Below are positions 35,078 to 39,856 of a stretch of DNA of 39,856 nt, piece after piece (the first letter of the stretch is position 1; each line of letters begins with the position of its first letter). Where the stretch lies: positions 1 through 39,856 of the IMG/VR virus record IMGVR_UViG_3300027132_000047; one strand, 5' to 3'. The position numbers and the translations under genes were made by a program. The notes beneath the pieces were generated by a model. It was not told the DNA's origin and did no database searches. It saw only the letters and a program-made list of their open reading frames with translations. This DNA comes from a virus. Its lineage: Duplodnaviria; Caudoviricetes.

Positions 35078-36358
35078 TTATCCGAACATCTTTTTATGGT
35101 AGTCTGTGATCTGACTTTTATAGTGTCTGTCAACAAAGCCAACGTACCTGTTAAAGGAATTGGACATGGGCTTATGGCCGGATGCAAACTTAACGTGCTC
35201 AGGGCTTACATCGTTAGCTAGCATGGTAGTGATGGCCGTCTTCCTCAGCATATGTGGGTGCACCCATTCGTACATGGGCCTAGATTCAGCCACCTTATCG
35301 CCATTAATATCCACCTTCCTCACCGCCACTTCCTCTTGCATCTCGGGATACTGCTTAAAGAATTCCTTGATATGCTTACGGAAGAATGCCTGCGGCTCGG
35401 GGGCACCAATGGGGGTATAAACAGATTGATATACGGATAGGTTATGCATGATAACATCGGTATACTTTTCGGGTAGCGGCATTGTGGTATCCTCTCCGGT
35501 CTTTTGGTTCTCTTTAACCAAGAACACTTCCTTGCCTTTCACCATCATGTCCGACGCCTTTAGGCTTGCAGCATCTGATATCCTGAAGGATGTTACAAGC
35601 ATAGTGGCAGCCATCTCCCACATAAATTTATTATTGGCGTTGAATGTTTTATATAGGCCGTGGTCATCCATTACAAACCTCTTTAGAAAATCGCCATCCA
35701 GAACTATGATTGGTGCGTCCTGACTTGACAACTTGCTCATCTTTGGTAGCTGCAAGAACAACTCATCTCTGTAGTGGTTTAACACTATAGACAACATGTT
35801 AACTACATTCACCCTAGTGTTTAGTTTGTATTCTACATTCTTCATGTGGGAAACAAACTTGTCAAAGTGCAGATTAAATTTATCCGCTAAAATCTTCTTC
35901 GCCTTTAGGTCTTTATTGTCTAAGGACATCTTCATTAAATCTATTGACCCGTGGACCAAGCAAAACTTAGCGTAGCTATCGATGGCGAATGCGTAAGCGC
36001 TGATGGATGATGGGCGGAAGTGGTGCTTCTGCTTTGTCTTAATGTTACCGACCTTGATATCGGTGATATACTTTTGACATAGCTTATCGAAGTTATAGTT
36101 CTCTTCCTCAGTTTCAGGGGTCTTATACTTATCCTTTATAGCATTTATATCCAAGCACTCTTCGTACAGGCCCCTAATAACGGCAGCCTGTTTTTCTAGT
36201 GTAGCATTGTACTTGTACGCCATTGGCCCAACGAACCTGTTTCTTGAAATGGTCAGCAGCTCGGGAGCCTTAATGCCTGTAGACATTCTAACCATAACAC
36301 CCTTATCACGCATCCTACAATAGATGGTATTAGATACTTTATAAAATGATATTGTCAT
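35078..36358 (-). CDS. int: Tyrosine integrase/recombinase, Bacteroidota type
   Basis: Catalytic set FRISD, QKT, HMLRKT, SGH and RYV. N-terminal IYCR...R.STG arm-binding-like domain. The start is likely ATG 36358. Confidence 0.88.
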   Translation of the reverse strand: MTISFYKVSNTIYCRMRDKGVMVRMSTGIKAPELLTISRNRFVGPMAYKYNATLEKQAAVIRGLYEECLDINAIKDKYKTPETEEENYNFDKLCQKYITDIKVGNIKTKQKHHFRPSSISAYAFAIDSYAKFCLVHGSIDLMKMSLDNKDLKAKKILADKFNLHFDKFVSHMKNVEYKLNTRVNVVNMLSIVLNHYRDELFLQLPKMSKLSSQDAPIIVLDGDFLKRFVMDDHGLYKTFNANNKFMWEMAATMLVTSFRISDAASLKASDMMVKGKEVFLVKENQKTGEDTTMPLPEKYTDVIMHNLSVYQSVYTPIGAPEPQAFFRKHIKEFFKQYPEMQEEVAVRKVDINGDKVAESRPMYEWVHPHMLRKTAITTMLANDVSPEHVKFASGHKPMSNSFNRYVGFVDRHYKSQITDYHKKMFG

Positions 36359-36588
36359 GTAGTAGTTTTTTGCATGAATTTTTCCTGAAAATGTATGCAG
36401 ATTGCACGCAAATACGTGCAATTATAAGTAATAAGTGCACATCCATTTGTGCATAATGTGTCATAAAACGCACTTTAACGTACAAAAAAGTGTCGTATAA
36501 AGGACTTTTGCGACAAAAAGTGCAGTAAATTGCGCTTATGATTTACATAAAGTAAAGCTAAAACTTTACATAAAGTGAGGGTAATGCT

Positions 36589-36777
36589 TTACTCTTTAGT
36601 TTCCTCTGCCGGATTCCATATGGATTCCCCATTGGGTCCCCAATAATAGTCACATTTGCCATCCTTAATTGGCGGTTTCAGGAAGTATGATTGAAGGTAG
36701 CCTTCTGTAGCGGTGAACCGGTAGCAGTTTTCTTTATGGGGGCAATCGGTCCCATTACATTTGGTGATGTCACTCAT
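36589..36777 (-). CDS. Small Cys-rich putative Zn-binding protein
   Basis: DITKC....CP....CYRF...C.YYW. Confidence 0.75.
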   Translation of the reverse strand: MSDITKCNGTDCPHKENCYRFTATEGYLQSYFLKPPIKDGKCDYYWGPNGESIWNPAEETKE

Positions 36778-36791
36778 ATGGTTATTAGTTT

Positions 36792-36869
36792 TTGGAATTA
36801 TATTTCCAATTTAATTAAATAATTGTTTTTTAATAGCTTGATTTAAACTAATTAGAATTATATTTCTAA
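36792..36869. promoter_or_regulatory. Pair of 18-bp imperfect palindromes (operator-like)
   Basis: TTGGAATTATATTTCCAA at 36792-36809 and TTAGAATTATATTTCTAA at 36852-36869. Confidence 0.55.
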
Positions 36870-36873
36870 TTTC

Positions 36874-36965
36874 TGTAGTCAGGGCGGGATTCGAACCCGC
36901 ATTATTGTCGGTCCTCTTTTCTATGTTTTATTGAGTCGACCGCCTCGCCATTCAGCCACCTGACT
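36874..36965 (-). tRNA. tRNA-like element with non-canonical anticodon arm (isotype undetermined)
   Basis: Acceptor AGTCAGG/CCTGACT, D region TGGCTGAATGG, and T arm GCGGG-TTCGAAT-CCCGC. No 7-nt anticodon loop. The 3' end is ACA. Confidence 0.6.
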
Positions 36966-37180
36966 AGGTCGGTTGTTCTGGCACAACCATAAGCCCCTTT
37001 GCTTTCTTTAACGACATGAAACATAAACGTCTAGTAGGACCCGTTACGCAAGAAAGCTATGTCTAACCCAACCGCAAGGCATCGGTTCAAGGGTTTTATT
37101 TCCTGTAGACTTAATAACTAGCAGCATCCATCGGCCACCATCCTGCTCAGGTGTAATCAAGGAATCTCACCTCGCCGACT
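36966..37180 (-). ncRNA. Candidate ~215-nt multi-stem ncRNA between two tRNA-like elements
   Basis: Stems AGGUG/CACCU, AGCAG/CUGCU, GUCUA/UAGAC, AACCG/CGGUU, GCUUUCUU/AAGAAAGC and GGUUGU/ACAACC. Confidence 0.5.
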
Positions 37181-37190
37181 TTTATATTAA

Positions 37191-37281
37191 TGAACGCGGG
37201 GCAGGAATCGAACCTGCATCTCATTGAAGCGCTTTCCTCCCTCAATGGCCACTTACATCGTGGCCTTTAAGCTACCCGCGT
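37191..37281 (-). ncRNA. tRNA-like element with aberrant D arm and long extra arm
   Basis: Acceptor ACGCGGG/CCCGCGT and T arm GCAGG-TTCGATT-CCTGC. Internal stems GGCCAC-7nt-GTGGCC and CATTGA/TCAATG. Confidence 0.55.
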
Positions 37282-37286
37282 GATGA

Positions 37287-37637
37287 CTATGCAATCATTT
37301 TTATAAGGCCTAATATCTCGCTGAGGTCGACCTGTGATTTGTCTTTATTTATGGCCACTACATATCTGACAAGCCTGTCGTAAATGTCGGCGTACTCATC
37401 ATCACACCTGTACCTCCATTGGTGATTTGCCCTGTGGTGCACTGCCGTGGTATGGTCTCTGTTGAATAACTTTCCGGCCGATGTGGTAGTAACTCCGAAA
37501 TAGTTCATCAATATTACCATAATAGAGGCGCGCAGGTGGATGTTTTCTTTTTTACGCCGTGGTGCTAGTCTAACATCTATGCCGGTAATTTTTTTACCTT
37601 CCTCACATAACTCATTAAATACTTCTTCCTTGTTCAT
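37287..37637 (-). CDS. DnaA C-terminal-like helix-turn-helix protein
   Basis: R....I..R...G.LFNRDHTTAVH signature of DnaA domain IV. Confidence 0.8.
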   Translation of the reverse strand: MNKEEVFNELCEEGKKITGIDVRLAPRRKKENIHLRASIMVILMNYFGVTTTSAGKLFNRDHTTAVHHRANHQWRYRCDDEYADIYDRLVRYVVAINKDKSQVDLSEILGLIKMIA

Positions 37638-37806
37638 ATACCATAGTTTTTTTCATTAATTCAACGACAACATCTGAAAGCTCTTCATTAATTGTTTTGA
37701 GCTTTTGTATAATTAAACGACGAGATGTTTCGTCCCCTGTCGTTGCTCGGTCCAACTCTTCGTTGATAGTTCGGAACACTTGTTTTGCTGCTGAGATTTT
37801 GTTCAT
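37615..37806 (-). CDS. Hypothetical protein
   Basis: 63-aa helical ORF with an A-rich start. Confidence 0.55.
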   Translation of the reverse strand: MNKISAAKQVFRTINEELDRATTGDETSRRLIIQKLKTINEELSDVVVELMKKTMVYEQGRSI

Positions 37807-37906
37807 AGTGATTTAGTTTTTGTAAACGCATTTTAATTAATTCCTTTTGGATGTAAATCATCCAATCGTTAAATTCTAGTTGTTCTGTTGGGTAGGTTGT
37901 TCTCAT
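37688..37906 (-). CDS. Hypothetical protein (T.YP...L.FN.W..YI)
   Basis: ATGA-coupled to the upstream gene. Overlaps the next gene by 119 nt. Confidence 0.5.
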   Translation of the reverse strand: MRTTYPTEQLEFNDWMIYIQKELIKMRLQKLNHYEQNLSSKTSVPNYQRRVGPSNDRGRNISSFNYTKAQNN

Positions 37907-38142
37907 TTGTAATAAATTTTTAGGCCCTCAGGCGATGATTCAAAAGAGATTAATAAACTAGAGTCGTATAACGCTCTGCTACAGAACTGCTGCATAATCC
38001 ATCCAATGGACGCCTCGTTAGGGTTAGGGATGACATGGACCAATCTGTCTGTGTTTCTGAATCCTGTAATGCCATTAAAGTTCCAAGAGAATTTCTCTCC
38101 CGAGCTGATGGCATCCATGACTTCTTCGAATTTACTTTTCAT
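37903..38142 (-). CDS. Hypothetical protein
   Basis: 79-aa ORF. Confidence 0.6.
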   Translation of the reverse strand: MKSKFEEVMDAISSGEKFSWNFNGITGFRNTDRLVHVIPNPNEASIGWIMQQFCSRALYDSSLLISFESSPEGLKIYYK

Positions 38143-38160
38143 GTTTCAAGTTTTAGTGTA

Positions 38161-38213
38161 GGAGCCGGCGGTAGAGCGAGTACCATAACCTCTAAAGGTT
38201 GCCGGCTCGGGGG
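38161..38213 (-). ncRNA. Repeated intergenic structured element, copy A (others at 39044-39094 and 39488-39539)
   Basis: ACCCC(C/T)GARC leader, closing stem and inner hairpin, immediately after a stop codon. Confidence 0.5.
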
Positions 38214-38294
38214 TTAGTCTAAATTAGTTTCAGGACTAAGTGCATCATTGCCAATAACAATGGCAAAAATAACGGAAGTAATTATTAGTATCAT
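38214..38294 (-). CDS. 26-aa hydrophobic mini-protein
   Basis: MILIITSVIFAIVIGNDALSPETNLD*, with an ATGA overlap from the upstream gene. Confidence 0.45.
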   Translation of the reverse strand: MILIITSVIFAIVIGNDALSPETNLD

Positions 38295-38518
38295 CTGAAT
38301 GTAATTGTTATGCCTAGTCGATTCTTATGTGACCGGTACTTATACTTCATGCAGGCGTGTATGTTAGAACACTTAACACCCGTGTACCTAGAGGCCTCAT
38401 TGATGGTATCGAATTCGGCGATTAGTATTTTGTTTTGAACATCGTATACTCTAGTCTTGCGCTTCATCATAGCGTTGCGCTCTTCTACTCCATTTAATTT
38501 ATACATAGAACGGGTCAA
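38291..38518 (-). CDS. NUMOD1-like HTH DNA-binding protein
   Basis: VYD....LIAEFDTINEASRYTGV..SNI..C. Confidence 0.7.
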   Translation of the reverse strand: MTRSMYKLNGVEERNAMMKRKTRVYDVQNKILIAEFDTINEASRYTGVKCSNIHACMKYKYRSHKNRLGITITFR

Positions 38519-38690
38519 TAAATTTATGATACACTTCAGGTAGGTTATCTAGAACCTCCTGCTTAGGAAAATCTTTAAGGCCACGGCGAATCTTTAAAGA
38601 CTCTTCGGCACCTTTGTTGTAAACGTTTGAGTCATCGGACATCATGTACCAAAAGTCATGCCTCCTGATTAGTTCTATTAGTTCATTCAT
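38499..38690 (-). CDS. Hypothetical protein (HDFWYMMSDD..VY.KG)
   Basis: 63-aa ORF resembling a common small phage family. Confidence 0.65.
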   Translation of the reverse strand: MNELIELIRRHDFWYMMSDDSNVYNKGAEESLKIRRGLKDFPKQEVLDNLPEVYHKFIDPFYV

Positions 38691-39028
38691 AAGTATATGC
38701 TTTTTTTGTTAGCGTTATCGTATATGGCCTTCTGATTATTGTCTTCTGCGAATTTTAAGGCCTCTTCTAGCCCCTCAAAGCAAAAAGACACATCCATATA
38801 CCAAATTCCTTCATCGAGCCATAAACCGACAAAAGAATTCGATTTAAAGGCATCTATGTTTTCGTTGACATATCCTAGCACATTGTGATATGTCAGGTCG
38901 GGGGACTGCCTTTCAAAGCCTTCCAACGATACCATGTATCCCGTCTCAGGGTTTATGTATCCGTGTTGGATGTTGTAAGACACTCCGCCATTTTGTTCTG
39001 CGGTAATAACTGCATTTTGTAGGCTCAT
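38687..39028 (-). CDS. Conserved-looking phage protein, possibly SAM-lyase-like fold
   Basis: GG.S...GYMVS...E...GLW....YMDVS......A..FA...Q.AIYD. Confidence 0.6.
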   Translation of the reverse strand: MSLQNAVITAEQNGGVSYNIQHGYINPETGYMVSLEGFERQSPDLTYHNVLGYVNENIDAFKSNSFVGLWLDEGIWYMDVSFCFEGLEEALKFAEDNNQKAIYDNANKKSIYL

Positions 39029-39043
39029 AGTGTTTAAATTTTA

Positions 39044-39094
39044 GGAACCGAGGGCAGTATCGCTCTGCCTTAACCACTCTCTCGGCTCAGGGGT
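39044..39094 (-). ncRNA. Repeated intergenic structured element, copy B
   Basis: GAGCCGAG/CUCGGUUC stem enclosing GGCAG-AGCGAUA-CUGCC. Confidence 0.55.
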
Positions 39095-39099
39095 ATTTT

Positions 39100-39444
39100 C
39101 TAGCACTCACACGCCATCATGACTGAGAGGACTATTTGGTCGCCAATAAACTTAAGGTCGAATTCAATCTGTAAATAGTATTGGTCCCTTTCTTGCATAA
39201 ACCTGAAGAACTTGTCGAAGAAGGTATTCAAGCTAGCAGCATCTTTGGGCTTATGCTTTGACCAAAACATTTCTAGGTAGTATTCCAAATTTGAATCGTA
39301 TCCATCGGCCTCATCATCAAGATAGTCGGGGCCATTGTCACCGCTAAAATCGGCGTCGGTTTGTAAATTTTCTTTTAGGTAGCTTAGGGCATTGTCTAAC
39401 GTGAAGACATGCACCTGTAGGTTTGCGGATGTGTTAGTTGACAT
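39100..39444 (-). CDS. Acidic hypothetical early protein
   Basis: About 21 D/E versus 8 K/R in 114 aa (hand count). Confidence 0.65.
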   Translation of the reverse strand: MSTNTSANLQVHVFTLDNALSYLKENLQTDADFSGDNGPDYLDDEADGYDSNLEYYLEMFWSKHKPKDAASLNTFFDKFFRFMQERDQYYLQIEFDLKFIGDQIVLSVMMACEC

Positions 39445-39487
39445 AGGTTTGGTGCGTTTGAACTCTCGCTCTTGAGTTTTTGATTAG

Positions 39488-39539
39488 TAACTGCGGGTGG
39501 TATCGCTCCACCTTCGGTCGTTCCTCGCAGTTCGGGGGT
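39488..39539 (-). ncRNA. Repeated intergenic structured element, copy C
   Basis: AACUGCG/CGCAGUU stem enclosing GGUGG-AGCGAUA-CCACC. Confidence 0.55.
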
Positions 39540-39540
39540 A

Positions 39541-39702
39541 TTATAGTTCTTCTAGTATACCGAAAGACTCAGCTACTATGAATAATCCGGCAGCTACTTG
39601 GTAGTCACCTAGATAAAGCCATACACATCCTGCAGCTCTTAAGAAGCTCTTCGCAAGGGATAGGAAAAAATGGCTACGTGTTTTTGATGCTTGTTGTTGC
39701 AT
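39541..39702 (-). CDS. Small two-TM membrane protein (H...SL.KS..R...AE..GILEE)
   Basis: Hydrophobic. The start is likely MQQQ at 39702. Confidence 0.6.
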   Translation of the reverse strand: MQQQASKTRSHFFLSLAKSFLRAAGCVWLYLGDYQVAAGLFIVAESFGILEEL

Positions 39703-39856
39703 TCTTTGAGGTTTTGATGAGAACCTACATGTCATCGAAGACCACGCCCATGGCGGTAGGTTTATAAATTACCACGCGTTCTGCGTGTAGTAGTTTACTG
39801 AGTTTTGAAAGGTTCCTTTAGTTCCGGCCTTGAGGTCGTCTCTAGATGGTATCCGG

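Noticed and set aside
35027-35723. Plus-strand ORFs opposite the integrase
   Set aside because: Antisense shadows with no recognisable features.
36840-37190. tRNA-associated theta (HDV-like) or hammerhead ribozyme
   Set aside because: The sequences directly 3' of both tRNA-like elements are A/U-rich and I could not build the nested pseudoknot. No CUGANGA...GAAA core was found. An Infernal scan is still advisable.
38291-38518. Homing endonuclease
   Set aside because: Only the NUMOD1-like HTH is present, with no HNH or GIY-YIG domain.
1-39856. Stop-codon reassignment as in some Crassvirales
   Set aside because: Genes are long and tightly coupled under code 11, TAG and TGA end genes, and no suppressor tRNA is evident.
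39735-39856. Further hairpin elements at the window edge
   Set aside because: Short stems are present, but they are truncated by the window and cannot be assigned.

Overview
About 40 kb of a tailed dsDNA phage genome. The host is most likely Bacteroidota, judged from A-rich SD-less starts, TAnnTTTG boxes and a Bacteroidota-type integrase. The left arm (+ strand, 1-24070) is a late/structural module: the 3' part of a modular tail fibre, a dense membrane/lysis cluster, three putative crAss/phi14:2-like tail ring proteins, a muzzle-like gene split in two, two putative ejection proteins, a 3324-aa polyvalent virion protein and an M15 endolysin. A bidirectional terminator at about 24130 separates it from the right arm (- strand). 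The right arm carries dNMP kinase, HAD hydrolase, resolvase, primase-helicase, initiator-like protein, YqaJ exonuclease and Sak/Rad52 annealase. It also has an AT-rich array of small genes joined by shared short repeats, a structured non-coding leader, a tyrosine integrase, two aberrant tRNA-like elements flanking a structured RNA, and small early genes separated by a repeated RNA motif. The most notable observations are: (1) a 57-aa basic gene overprinted in the +1 frame inside the giant protein; (2) a cassette array apparently shuffled through short homologies; (3) several candidate novel ncRNAs; (4) the split muzzle carrying Ig-like repeats. All family assignments come from motif recognition, not database searches, and all RNA folds were worked out by hand.
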